A stretch of 63,014 bases of DNA, from contig CAYNFH010000006.1 of NCBI GenBank assembly GCA_964396385.1, positions 1 through 63,014 on the forward strand, written 5' to 3'. Positions 46,542 to 56,090 of the stretch are shown here, piece after piece. Below the pieces are notes generated by a model, which saw only the letters and a list, made by a program, of their open reading frames with translations, did not search any database and had not been told where the DNA came from. Numbering within the stretch: position 1 is the first letter of the stretch; every line of letters starts with the position of its first letter. The DNA comes from an uncultured Chthonomonadaceae bacterium. Its GTDB lineage: Bacteria; Armatimonadota; Chthonomonadetes; Chthonomonadales; CAJBBX01. Both the position numbers and the translations under genes were made by a program.

Positions 46542-47807
46542 TTACTCTCCGTGCGGTTTTGCCAGCCAGGCGGCGGTAAGGCCGCAGGCCGCCGCGAAGC
46601 TGAGCCAGAGACCCGGCATGGCGCGGTTCCCGGTAGCGTGAATAAGATGGGTGCAGATGGCCGGCGTGAACCCTCCGAACAGGGCGGTAGCCAGGCTGTA
46701 GGCCAGCGAGAACCCGGATGTCCGCACGTGCGCCGGCATGATCTCCGTGAGGTAGACCACCATCGCCCCGTTGTAGCTGCCGTACAGGAAGGACAGCCAG
46801 AGCTCCACCATCAGCAGCCGCGCGAAGGAGGGCGCGTGCACCAGCCACACCATGGCTGGAAAGGCGGTGACCAGCGCCGCCGTTGTACAGGCCAGGAGCA
46901 GCGGCCGGCGCCCGATACGATCTGATACGGCCCCCATCACCGGCAGCCAGACCAGGTTGGACAGCCCCACGCAAAGCGTTACGACAAAGGTATCCCGGCT
47001 CGCCAGGTGGAGGGCGGTCTTGCCGAAGGTGGGCGTATAGGCGGTGATGGTGTAGAAGGAGACGGTGGTCATGGTGACCATGAGGGTGCCGATCAGCACC
47101 GCCCTCCAGTTGCGCGTCACGGTGCGCAGGATCTCCGCCGTCCCCGGATGTTCTCTGCGCGCCAGGAACGCGTCCGTCTCCAGCAGCGACTGCCGGAGCA
47201 GGAATAAGAACGGCAGGATGGCGCAGCCGAACAGCAGCGGCACGCGCCACCCCCAGCGCGCCATCTGGTCCGGGCTGAGGTTGGCTGTGAGCAGCACCCC
47301 GAGCAGCGCGGCGACGATAACCGCTACCTGCTGGCTGGCGGACTGCCAGCTCACGTAGAAGCCCTTGTGGCCCCGCGGCGCGATCTCCGACAGGTAGACG
47401 GAGACGCCGCCCAGCTCCACCCCCGCCGAGAACCCCTGAAGCAGTCTCCCCAGCACCACGAGGAGGGGCGCGAGCAGCCCGATGAGCGCATAGCTCGGTG
47501 TGAGCGCCACCGACACCGTTCCGATGGACATTAGCCCCAGGGTGAGCAACAGGCCGGTGCGCCGGCCCACACGGTCAATGTAGCTCCCGAGCACAAGCGC
47601 GCCCAGCGGCCGCATGAGGTACCCCGCCCCGTAGGTCATGAGGGCGTCCATGAGCGAGGCGTAGGAGCTCCGGTTGGGGAAGAACGCGCGCGAGATGGCG
47701 GTGGCGTAATAGCCGAAGACCATGAAGTCGTACATCTCCAGGAAGTTGCCGCTGGAGATGCGGATGACACTGCGGACCCGCGATTCACGGTCATTCTGCA
47801 TGGGCAT
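46542..47807 (-). CDS. MFS transporter, MHS family (CitA/TcuC citrate/tricarballylate-like)
   Basis: SGNFLEMYDFMVFGYYA, RPLGA, GRLLQGFSAGVELGGVSVYLSE. Confidence 0.9.
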   Translation of the reverse strand: MPMQNDRESRVRSVIRISSGNFLEMYDFMVFGYYATAISRAFFPNRSSYASLMDALMTYGAGYLMRPLGALVLGSYIDRVGRRTGLLLTLGLMSIGTVSVALTPSYALIGLLAPLLVVLGRLLQGFSAGVELGGVSVYLSEIAPRGHKGFYVSWQSASQQVAVIVAALLGVLLTANLSPDQMARWGWRVPLLFGCAILPFLFLLRQSLLETDAFLARREHPGTAEILRTVTRNWRAVLIGTLMVTMTTVSFYTITAYTPTFGKTALHLASRDTFVVTLCVGLSNLVWLPVMGAVSDRIGRRPLLLACTTAALVTAFPAMVWLVHAPSFARLLMVELWLSFLYGSYNGAMVVYLTEIMPAHVRTSGFSLAYSLATALFGGFTPAICTHLIHATGNRAMPGLWLSFAAACGLTAAWLAKPHGE

Positions 47808-47902
47808 CTGCTTTGGAACGAATCCCGCTCTGGAGCGTATCTCAGCGAATATCGTTGCGCCGGGCGGACACGGTCGGCGCGGACTAAGAGCGTGTATGCC
47901 CT

Positions 47903-48598
47903 ATGGAACCTGAAGAGTACCCGGGCCCGCCCGCCGACCCCGAGCGGCCCCCCGGCAGCGCCGGAATCTCCCGCCGTACTTTTCTGGAAGGCACCGCCGC
48001 CGCGGGCGTAGGGATGGCGATGGCGCCCCTGCTGTCGGATGAACGCTCCGCGTTGGCCTCCCCCTCACAGGGGGAGGTGGCCGGAGGCCGGAGGGGGCCG
48101 GCCCAGAACCCGGACGTCCCACCCGTTGAGATCACGCTTAACGTCAACGGCGCGGACCATACCTTCACGGCCGAGCCGCGCGTCACACTGCTGGATGCGC
48201 TGCGGGAGCGCCTCCACCTCACCGGCACCAAGAAGGGCTGCGACCTGGGTCAGTGCGGCGCCTGCACGGTGCACATCAATGGTCGCCCAACCCTCTCCTG
48301 CCTCGCACTGGCTCTGATGCATCAGGGCGAGCGCATCACCACCATCGAGGGGCTCGCCGATGGCGGAAACCTCCATCCGGTACAGGCCGCCTTCATCGAG
48401 CATGACGGCTTCCAGTGCGGCTACTGTACCCCGGGCCAGATCATGTCCGCCGCCGCGCTGATTGAGGAGGGCCACGCGCAGACGCCGGAGGAGATCCGGG
48501 AGCTGATGAGCGGCAACATCTGCCGGTGCGGGGCCTACGCCGGCATTGTCGCCGCCGTGCAGCAGGCTCTGGAGGCGAAGCGGCATGCTGCCCTTTGA
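47903..48598 (+). CDS. paoA: Aldehyde oxidoreductase 2Fe-2S subunit with Tat signal
   Basis: SRRTFL, GTKKGCDLGQCGACT, QCGYCTPG, GNICRCGAY. Confidence 0.9.
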   Translation: MEPEEYPGPPADPERPPGSAGISRRTFLEGTAAAGVGMAMAPLLSDERSALASPSQGEVAGGRRGPAQNPDVPPVEITLNVNGADHTFTAEPRVTLLDALRERLHLTGTKKGCDLGQCGACTVHINGRPTLSCLALALMHQGERITTIEGLADGGNLHPVQAAFIEHDGFQCGYCTPGQIMSAAALIEEGHAQTPEEIRELMSGNICRCGAYAGIVAAVQQALEAKRHAAL

Positions 48599-49562
48599 CT
48601 ACACCCGCGCGCAGGAGGTGCAGGACGCCGTCGCGGGGCATGACGCCAGGTCCGCCTACCTGGCGGGCGGAACGAACCAGCTCGACCTGATGAAGCTGCA
48701 CGTCCATACGCCCGCCCACCTCATCGACATCAACGGCCTGCCGCTGGCGCAGATCGAGGAGCGCGGCGACGGCGTGCGCATCGGCGCGCTGGTCCGTAAC
48801 AGCGACCTGGCCTACCACCCGCTCATCAAGCAGCGATACCCGGTACTCTCCCAGGCGCTGCTGGCGGGGGCCAGCCCGCAGCTCCGCAACATGGCCACCG
48901 TGGGCGGGAACATCATGCAGCGCACCCGCTGCTCCTACTTCCGCGATACGGCCCTGCCCTGCAACAAGCGGGAGCCGGGGACCGGCTGCTCCGCCATCGA
49001 CGGGTACAACCGGATGCACGCGGTGCTCGGTACCAGCCCGCACTGTATCGCCGTGATGCCCTCCGACATGTGCGTGGCGCTGTATGCGCTGGACGCCGTG
49101 GTGCAGACGCGAGGCCCCCAGGACGAGCGGACTATCCCGCTGGTCGACTTCCATAGGATGCCCGGCGACCATCCGGAGCGCGACACGGTCCTGGAGCCCG
49201 GCGAGCTCATTACATACGTGGACCTGCCCGCCCTGCCGTTTGCCGCCCGCTCCCGCTACCTAAAGGTACGGGACCGCGCGTCCTATGCCTTCGCGCTGGT
49301 CTCCGTGGCCGCCGCACTGGACGTGGAGAACGGCGACATCCGCGCGGCGCGGCTGGCGCTGGGCGGCGTGGGCACCAAGCCCTGGCGCGCGGTGGACGCC
49401 GAGAAGGCGCTGGTTGGCCGCCCGGCAGCCGAGGAGACCTACCGCGCCGCGGCGGACATCGCGATGCGGGGCGCGAGGCCGTTCAAGTACAACGCGTTCA
49501 AGGTTGAGATGGCCCGTCGCGCCATCGTTAGGACACTCTCTACCGTTGGAGCGATGACATGA
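48585..49562 (+). CDS. paoB: Aldehyde oxidoreductase FAD-binding subunit
   Basis: LAGGT, ASPQLRNMATVGGN, RCSYF..CNKREPGTGC, KVRDRASYAFA. Confidence 0.9.
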   Translation: MLPFDYTRAQEVQDAVAGHDARSAYLAGGTNQLDLMKLHVHTPAHLIDINGLPLAQIEERGDGVRIGALVRNSDLAYHPLIKQRYPVLSQALLAGASPQLRNMATVGGNIMQRTRCSYFRDTALPCNKREPGTGCSAIDGYNRMHAVLGTSPHCIAVMPSDMCVALYALDAVVQTRGPQDERTIPLVDFHRMPGDHPERDTVLEPGELITYVDLPALPFAARSRYLKVRDRASYAFALVSVAAALDVENGDIRAARLALGGVGTKPWRAVDAEKALVGRPAAEETYRAAADIAMRGARPFKYNAFKVEMARRAIVRTLSTVGAMT

Positions 49563-49579
49563 AGCACCAAGCGGTAAAA

Positions 49580-49640
49580 GACGGGAGACGGGGGACGGGT
49601 GACGGATTCCGGATTCCGTCCGTCCACCGTCCTCCGTCCT
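49580..49640. repeat. Head-to-head heptamer arrays (GACGGGN)x4 / (CCGTCCN)n with double GGATTCC core
   Basis: Core GACGGATTCCGGATTCCGTC at 49601-49620. Confidence 0.85.
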
Positions 49641-49665
49641 TGGTCTCCTCCAAAGGAGGACCAGC

Positions 49666-52053
49666 ATGATCCAGCCCGATTTGCCGCTGATCGGCGAGCC
49701 CCTGGACCGCGTCGACGGACGCCTGAAGGTGACGGGCGGGGCGCGCTACACGGCCGACATGCCGGTGGAGAACCTGGCTTACGGCGTACTCATCACCAGC
49801 ACCGTCGCCAGCGGCCGGATCCGCGAGATGGACACCTCGGCTGCCGAGCGGCTGCCGGGGGTGCTGGCAATCCTCACCCCGTTCAATGCCCCACGCATTC
49901 CCGGCGGCAGCATCCAGGAGCAGGGTGCCAATCGGCAGCCGGGAGCGGGCGAGCGCGCGAGCGGGCGAGGGGGCGAAAACGCGACCGCTGATTCTGGTCA
50001 TTCACCTGAACGCCTAAACGCCCGAATGCCTGAGTCCGGCCATCAGCCATCAACCACCAACCATCAACCATCTGGCGGGCAGCAGCGCCGGCCCCCGGAT
50101 CGAAAGGTCCACCTGCTGCAGGAGACCGACGTTTTCTACAGCGGCCAGCCCATCGGCGTGGCCATCGCGGACACCTTCGAGCGCGCCGTCCACGCCGCCT
50201 CGGCCGTGCGAGTCCGGTACGAGACCAACCGGCCCGCGACCTCGCTGGAGCAGGAGCTGCGCCGCGCGTTCGTGCCCAAAGCGGCCGGACCCGGGCTTCC
50301 GGCCGACAGCCGCCACGGGGACCTGGAGTCTGGCCTGCGGCAGGCGGCGGTGCGCGTGGAGGAGGTGTACGGCACGCCGGTGGAGACGCACAACCCCATG
50401 GAGGTGCACGGCACTATTGCCATGTGGGAAGGCGACCGGCTGACGCTGTACGACGCCACACAGGGCGTCTTCCCGGCCCGCCAGCGGATCGCCGCCCTCT
50501 TCGGAGTGCCGCCGGACCACGTCCGGATCATCTCCTACTTTGTGGGAGGTGGCTTCGGCAGCAAGGGGCCGGTCTGGTCGCACATCCCGCTGGCGGCCAT
50601 GTCCGCGCGCCACGTGGGCCGGCCCGTGAAGCTGCTCCTCTCCCGGCCCCAGCAGTTCGGACCGGTGGGCTTCCGCGGGGAGACACGCCAGACGGTGAGC
50701 CTGGGGGTGGATCACAGCGGGGGGCTTACCGCCCTCCGGCACGAGATTGTGGCGCAGACCTCCGTATTCGACGAGTTCATCGAGCCGGCCGGCGCGTCGG
50801 CGCGGATGCTCTACGCCTGTCCCAATATCGCCACCAGCCACCGGGGCGTGCGGCTCAATAGCGGCACTCCCTCCTTCACACGCGCGCCGGGCGAGGCGCC
50901 CGGCGTGTTCGCGCTGGAGTGCGCCATGGACGAGCTGGCCTACCGGCTCAACATGGACCCCATCGAGCTGCGGCTGCGCAACTATGCGGAGTCGGATCCG
51001 GACAGCGGCCACCCCTGGTCCAGCAAGTCCCTGCGCGAGTGCTATCGGGTGGGGGCAGAGCGGTTCGGCTGGTCCCGGCGCGCCGCCCAGCCACGCGCAA
51101 CGATGGACGGCGACGCGCTGGTGGGGTACGGCATGGCGACCGCCACCTATCCGTCCCGGCGCATGCCGGCGTCCGCACTGGCGCGGATGGAGCCTGACGG
51201 CCGCGTGGTGGTCCGAAGCGGTACGGCGGAGATCGGCACGGGCACCTACACGGTGATGTCTCAGGTCGCGGCCGAGGCGCTGGGCGTGCCTACGGAGCAA
51301 GTCCGCTTTGAGTTGGGCGATACGGAGCTGCCGGAGGCGCCCATCTCGGCTGGATCCATGACCTGCGCCAGCGTCGGCTCGGCGGTCTACCTGGCCGCGC
51401 AGGCGCTCCGGAGCAAGCTGGCGCAGCTCGCCATTGGGGACGCGCGCTCGCCGCTCCACGGGCTGAGCGAGCCGGAAATGGCGGCGGGCGAGGGCCGGCT
51501 GTTCCTCAAGTCGGACCCGTCCCGCGGGGAGCGCTATACCGACCTGCTGTCCCGTAGCGGACAGCGGAGGATGGAGGCGCGGGTGGACGCAAGGCCCGGC
51601 GAGGAGCAGCAGAAGTACTCCATGCACGCCTTCGGTGCGCAGTTCGCGGAGGTTCACGTGGATCCAGACCTTGGTACGGTGCGACTCGCACGGTACGTGG
51701 CCTCGTTTGCGTGCGGCCGGATCCTGAACGCAAAGACGGCGCGCAGCCAGTTCCAGGGTGGAATCGTCTGGGGCATCGGGATGGCGCTCTCGGAGGAGAC
51801 GATCACCGATCCGCGCTACGGCAGGATTGTGAACGCGGATCTGGCGGAGTACCACGTGCCGGTCAACGCCGACGTCTGCCCAATAGAGATCCTGTTTGTG
51901 GACGAGCAGGACCCGTACGTGAACCCCATCGGCGTGAAGGGGCTGGGGGAGATCGGCATCGTGGGAGTTCCGGCCGCTATCGCCAACGCGGTCTACCATG
52001 CGACGGGGAAGCGGATCCGCGAGCTGCCCATTACGCCGGATAAGCTGCTGTGA
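49666..52053 (+). CDS. paoC: Aldehyde oxidoreductase molybdopterin-binding subunit with in-frame repeat insert
   Basis: RVDGRLKVTGGARY, VGGGFGSKG, RAPGE, EIGTG, KGLGEIG; insert about 49941-50072. Confidence 0.92.
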   Translation: MIQPDLPLIGEPLDRVDGRLKVTGGARYTADMPVENLAYGVLITSTVASGRIREMDTSAAERLPGVLAILTPFNAPRIPGGSIQEQGANRQPGAGERASGRGGENATADSGHSPERLNARMPESGHQPSTTNHQPSGGQQRRPPDRKVHLLQETDVFYSGQPIGVAIADTFERAVHAASAVRVRYETNRPATSLEQELRRAFVPKAAGPGLPADSRHGDLESGLRQAAVRVEEVYGTPVETHNPMEVHGTIAMWEGDRLTLYDATQGVFPARQRIAALFGVPPDHVRIISYFVGGGFGSKGPVWSHIPLAAMSARHVGRPVKLLLSRPQQFGPVGFRGETRQTVSLGVDHSGGLTALRHEIVAQTSVFDEFIEPAGASARMLYACPNIATSHRGVRLNSGTPSFTRAPGEAPGVFALECAMDELAYRLNMDPIELRLRNYAESDPDSGHPWSSKSLRECYRVGAERFGWSRRAAQPRATMDGDALVGYGMATATYPSRRMPASALARMEPDGRVVVRSGTAEIGTGTYTVMSQVAAEALGVPTEQVRFELGDTELPEAPISAGSMTCASVGSAVYLAAQALRSKLAQLAIGDARSPLHGLSEPEMAAGEGRLFLKSDPSRGERYTDLLSRSGQRRMEARVDARPGEEQQKYSMHAFGAQFAEVHVDPDLGTVRLARYVASFACGRILNAKTARSQFQGGIVWGIGMALSEETITDPRYGRIVNADLAEYHVPVNADVCPIEILFVDEQDPYVNPIGVKGLGEIGIVGVPAAIANAVYHATGKRIRELPITPDKLL

Positions 52054-52058
52054 AGAAC

Positions 52059-52195
52059 GGTTGAAGGTTGAGGGTTGAGGGTTGAAAGTACGCTGTACAT
52101 ATTGGGCCACTCGTCACAAGGAAGTTACTATTCTTGCAGGTTGTAGCGGGTCGACTCCGGCCTTCAACCTTCAACCTTCAACCTTCAACTTTTAA
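52059..52195. repeat. Head-to-head heptamer arrays (GGTTGAR)x4 / (CCTTCAA)x4-5
   Basis: Arms 52059-52086 and 52161-52195; GACTCCGG directly precedes the right arm. Confidence 0.85.
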
Positions 52196-52207
52196 CCCAC
52201 ACTCAAT

Positions 52208-53458
52208 ATGAACCGTCTCAGAGACATTTTCGAGCTTTACGAAACAATGCAGCCCGGGGAGCGGGGGACGCTGGCCACCGTGTTCCGGACGGAGGGCTCC
52301 ACGTACCGCCGTACGGGCGCGCGAATGCTGGTGACCGCCTCCGGCCGAACGGCGGGGGCTATCAGCGGCGGCTGCCTGGAGCGGGACGTGCTGGAGCGCG
52401 CCGGCCGTGTGATGAGGACGGGCATGCCCCTCGTGGTCTGCTACGACGGCGCGGCGGACGATCCTGTCTTCGGGCTCGGCACGGGATGCCGCGGCACGGT
52501 AGAGGCGCTGGTAGAGCCGGTCTGTGGCGCCGACCCGGACGGGCTGCTCCACTGGCTCAAGGAGGGGCTGGTCCGGCGGGAGCCGGGTGCCGTCGCCACC
52601 ATTGTACAGGGCTCCTGTTCCATCCCCCTGGGGCTGTGCGCCGCGGTCCGAGGTTCGAGGGAGCAGATCCTCCCGCCCAACCCCCAGCCCTCCAACCTCA
52701 GCTTCTCCCTGGCGTGCTGGCTGACCGGCCGCGCACAGGAGGCGCTGTATGAAGGAAGCGGCGGGATTCGCTCGGCGCGGTTCCATGGCGAGCCGGTCCA
52801 GGCGTTTGTCGAGTACCTGCCCGCGCCCACGTCGCTGGCCATCTTCGGCGCGGGCGACGATGCGCTGCCCCTGGCCCGCTGCGCAAGGCAGCTCGGCTGG
52901 TACGTCGCGGTCGTGGACCACCGGCCGGCATACGCGAACTCGGCCCGGATTCCGGAGGCGGACTCCGTTGTCTGCGCCCATGGTGAGGAGGCGGTGGAGC
53001 TGGTGGGCCCGTGCGACGCGGCGGTAGTGATGACCCACAACTTCCAGGCCGACCAGGAGCTGCTGCGCGCGCTGCTCCCACGGCCCCTGAAGTACCTGGG
53101 CGTGCTGGGCCCGCGGGACCGCACGGAGCGGCTGCTGGAGGGAACGGGCGTTCAGGCATTCATGCGTTCAGGCGACCCTCCGGCCCCCAAGTCTGAGGAA
53201 GCAGGCGTTCAGGCGTTAGGGCGGTCAGGTGGAATGGATTACCTCTACGCGCCGGCGGGGCTGGATTTGGGCGCGGAATCTCCCGCCGAAATAGCGCTTT
53301 CTATCGTTGCGGAGATCCAGTCGGTCCTCGCCGGCCGCGCCACCCCCGGCCTCCGGGACCGGCCGGGACCGATACACAGCCGGCAGCCATCAGTCGTCAG
53401 TCGTCGGTCGTCGGTCGTCAGTCGGCAGTCAGCAGCATGCACGCGGCACGCGGCATGA
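52208..53458 (+). CDS. xdhC: XdhC/PaoD-family molybdenum cofactor maturation protein, with repeat inserts
   Basis: GSTYRRTGARM, ISGGCLE, IFGAGDDA, YLGVLGP, YAPAGLDLGAESPAEIALSI. Confidence 0.9.
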   Translation: MNRLRDIFELYETMQPGERGTLATVFRTEGSTYRRTGARMLVTASGRTAGAISGGCLERDVLERAGRVMRTGMPLVVCYDGAADDPVFGLGTGCRGTVEALVEPVCGADPDGLLHWLKEGLVRREPGAVATIVQGSCSIPLGLCAAVRGSREQILPPNPQPSNLSFSLACWLTGRAQEALYEGSGGIRSARFHGEPVQAFVEYLPAPTSLAIFGAGDDALPLARCARQLGWYVAVVDHRPAYANSARIPEADSVVCAHGEEAVELVGPCDAAVVMTHNFQADQELLRALLPRPLKYLGVLGPRDRTERLLEGTGVQAFMRSGDPPAPKSEEAGVQALGRSGGMDYLYAPAGLDLGAESPAEIALSIVAEIQSVLAGRATPGLRDRPGPIHSRQPSVVSRRSSVVSRQSAACTRHAA

Positions 53459-53549
53459 TGCACGCGGTGGCACCGCCAGATGAGGGCGGACTTCGAACTC
53501 CGGACTTCCGAATCCGGGATCACCCCTTCACCCCCTCACCCCCTCATCC
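53377..53549. repeat. Compound micro-arrays spanning the xdhC/mocA junction
   Basis: (CAGTCGT)x8 degenerate, GCACGCG units, (CGGACTT)x3, GAATCC, (CACCCCYT)x3. Confidence 0.8.
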
Positions 53550-54127
53550 TCCTCGCCGCGGGTGGCTCTACTCGGATGGGCCAGCCGAAGCAGTTTCTGG
53601 ACGTTGGCGGACAGACGCTGGTGCGGCGCGCCGCGCTGGCCGCGGCGGAATCCGGCTGCCAGCCCGTCATCGTGGTGCTGGGGGCGGAGGCGGAAGCGGT
53701 CCGGCGCGAGCTGGCGGACCTGCGCATGCTTGTTGCGGAGAACCCCAATTGGCGGCACGGCATGGCGGACTCCCTGCATGTCGGCCTGACCGCACTGCTG
53801 GAGCGCTGCCCCGAAGTGGATTCCGCCCTGTTCATGGTGTGTGACCAGCCGATGGTCACCGCCGGTCATCTCCGTCTTCTGGTGGAGGAGCGGTGCAGCA
53901 CGGGCGCGCCCATCGTCGCTTCCGCGTATGGCGATACCGTAGGTGTGCCTGCTCTCTTCTCCCGTGATCTCTTCCCGGAGCTCCTCGCATTAAGCGGCCA
54001 GGAGGGGGCGCGGCAGGTCATCGCGCGGCACTCGGAGTCGGTCTGCGTCGTTCCGTTCCCCGGCGGCGAGCTAGATCTGGACACGCCGGGCGACTATGAG
54101 CGGTTCAATCGTGCGATGTGGGCGTAG
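53480..54127 (+). CDS. mocA: Molybdenum cofactor cytidylyltransferase-like NTP transferase
   Basis: LLAAGGSTRMGQPK, NPNWRHGMADS, CDQP, DLDTPGDY; the N-terminus is repeat-derived. Confidence 0.85.
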   Translation: MRADFELRTSESGITPSPPHPLILLAAGGSTRMGQPKQFLDVGGQTLVRRAALAAAESGCQPVIVVLGAEAEAVRRELADLRMLVAENPNWRHGMADSLHVGLTALLERCPEVDSALFMVCDQPMVTAGHLRLLVEERCSTGAPIVASAYGDTVGVPALFSRDLFPELLALSGQEGARQVIARHSESVCVVPFPGGELDLDTPGDYERFNRAMWA

Positions 54128-54235
54128 AGGAACCCGGTCGCTATTCAGAGCGTCCTTCCTCGGTGTCCGCTGTGTAAACGGACGGCACCTTAAGAGCTCG
54201 GGCTCCAAAGCCCGAACAGGAAGGAGCAGATAGCC

Positions 54236-54592
54236 ATGCGAAGAGTGGCGGTTCTCTCGGCCGCTCTGCTGCTGTGGTGCGGCGTGGCGTTCGCGCAGAA
54301 CCTGTACATAGGCTCAACCGGGAGCCGGAGCGCGAACTTCGTGCTGAACTGGGCGCGATATGGCGACCGTGTGACCGGATACTACTACACCGACGATGAC
54401 CCCGACTATCACTACCGGCTGGTGGGCCACAACTACTCCAACGGTCGGCTTGTTCTGAGAGAGTTCGACCAGGGCGAGACGACGGCCGTGATCCGGCTGC
54501 ACAAGACAGTGCGCAATGGCCAGATCCGCTGGGTCGGAACGATGTATAACACCGATGGCCGGCGAATCCCGGTGAGCTTCTCGCGAGAGTGA
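54236..54592 (+). CDS. Small secreted beta-rich protein
   Basis: AAGGAG RBS, signal peptide ending AFA, beta-strand pattern. Confidence 0.7.
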   Translation: MRRVAVLSAALLLWCGVAFAQNLYIGSTGSRSANFVLNWARYGDRVTGYYYTDDDPDYHYRLVGHNYSNGRLVLREFDQGETTAVIRLHKTVRNGQIRWVGTMYNTDGRRIPVSFSRE

Positions 54593-54613
54593 GCAAAGAG
54601 ATAGTGTGTGCAC

Positions 54614-54676
54614 GGGTAAAAGGGTGTACGCCGGATTCCGGAAGGTACACCCTTTTACCCATTTACCCATTTACCC
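54614..54676. repeat. 63-bp GGGTAAAN / TTTACCCN element, copy 2, with CCGGATTCCGG core
   Basis: Inverted GGGTAAAAGGGTGTAC / GTACACCCTTTTACCC plus tandem ATTTACCC; supplies the sufU stop codon. Confidence 0.85.
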
Positions 54677-55095
54677 TCCCCTGCTAGTACCGCGCGTATT
54701 GCCTTCCACGGCAGCACGGCGCACTGAAAGCGGGTGGGATAGCGGCGCACGCCTGTGAGGGCGGCGAGCGGTCCCAGGCTGTCCAGGGGATGGACTTCGT
54801 CGGCGGTCAACCCTATCAGCACGCGATCGATGAGCGCCTCGGCATCCATCGTGCTCAGCCCCGGTAGTGTCTCCGTCATCAGGGAGGCGGATGCGACCGA
54901 CACCGCGCAGCCGGACCCCTCAAAGCTCAGGTCCCGTACCGTACCGCCTTCCGCAGCCAGCCACAGGGTGAACCGGTCGCCGCACAGGGGATTGTGCGCC
55001 TCCACTGTGCGCCCGCCTACGATCATGCGGTAGTTGCGCGGCTGCCGGTAGTGGTCCAGGATAATGGCCTGGTAGAGAGCATGCTGGTCGGACAT
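54655..55095 (-). CDS. sufU: SufU/NifU-family Fe-S cluster assembly protein
   Basis: LYQAIILDHYRQPRN, NPLCGD, GCAVSVASAS, RFQCAVLPW. Confidence 0.88.
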   Translation of the reverse strand: MSDQHALYQAIILDHYRQPRNYRMIVGGRTVEAHNPLCGDRFTLWLAAEGGTVRDLSFEGSGCAVSVASASLMTETLPGLSTMDAEALIDRVLIGLTADEVHPLDSLGPLAALTGVRRYPTRFQCAVLPWKAIRAVLAGEGKWVNG

Positions 55096-55231
55096 GGGTG
55101 TTGGCTCTCGTCTGTATACGAGGCGGAGATTTGTGTCGTTCGCTTCAGCCGGTGGGGCCGTGGCGACGTCAGCAGAAGGAGCCCGCAACCGGTGCGCGGG
55201 CGGCGACGTAGTATTGGGCGGTGATCCGCTC

Positions 55232-55582
55232 ATGAGATTCTGCAAGTGGGCCGTCCTGTTAGCCGCCATCATTGTCCTGGCGCTCCTGCTCTTCCGGCCG
55301 TTCCGCAATCCGCTGGCCGGCACGTGGCTTTCCGCTACTCCGGGCGACGCCCCTCTCACGTTCGCGTACAACGGAACCGTTATGGACAAGCACGGTCTCT
55401 GGCGGTGGTCCATCACGTCCGCTCGTTCTGCTTTGGATGGTGGCCGCCTGGGAACACTGGTCCTCGTACCCCTTCGGCCCGGCAGCCCAGGAAGGAGCGA
55501 AGTCCGATGGGCGCTCAGCCCGGATGGCCGCTGCATGCGGCTGACAGACGCCCGGGGCTCCCATGACTATGTCCGCCACTGA
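55232..55582 (+). CDS. Small exported hypothetical protein
   Basis: N-terminal hydrophobic helix, then NPLAGTW and beta-strands. Confidence 0.5.
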   Translation: MRFCKWAVLLAAIIVLALLLFRPFRNPLAGTWLSATPGDAPLTFAYNGTVMDKHGLWRWSITSARSALDGGRLGTLVLVPLRPGSPGRSEVRWALSPDGRCMRLTDARGSHDYVRH

Positions 55583-56012
55583 GGCTCCTGAGCCCGGCAC
55601 GTACGGCGGCGCTGCCGGGCGATATCGGCCGACGAGACGCGCGGGACCTTGGCTTGCCGGCTCCTTTGTTATTGCGGTTCTGGCTTGCTGGGCCTGGTAC
55701 GCGAGCCGGCCGGCGTTGGTGTGGTACGTGAGTCCCGTACTGGATCGTCACCACACGCGGGTACGTGTATTGGTGCCTCGGGGCTATGAGTACGATGCGG
55801 TTGCCCCCTTCCCGCATCCTCTCCATCTCCGGCTTAGCGCAGGGACCTTCATCTGCATCGGACCGGCGTGCGCCACTCAAAGGACGCGTTCGACGCCACC
55901 CACTCCGCCATCTGCAACAGCCTGCGGATTGAGTAAGGGAAGTGATGCGACCCACGCGGAACGAGACTGGTCCCACGCTATTTGGCGGATGCTATCGAAG
56001 CCCGATTTGTAG
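55563..56012 (+). CDS. Hypothetical membrane-anchored protein, possibly frameshifted
   Basis: TM helix then RPALVWYVSP..RVRVLVPRG; a more natural C-terminus (AFDATHSAICNSLRIE, stop 55934-55936) lies in another frame. Confidence 0.4.
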   Translation: MTMSATEAPEPGTYGGAAGRYRPTRRAGPWLAGSFVIAVLACWAWYASRPALVWYVSPVLDRHHTRVRVLVPRGYEYDAVAPFPHPLHLRLSAGTFICIGPACATQRTRSTPPTPPSATACGLSKGSDATHAERDWSHAIWRMLSKPDL

Positions 56013-56090
56013 TACGAGGAGTACGCGATCTTAAGGAGTTCTGCAAGAACGGCCGCTATAACGTAGACGGCCAGGAGGCCCAGCAACATC

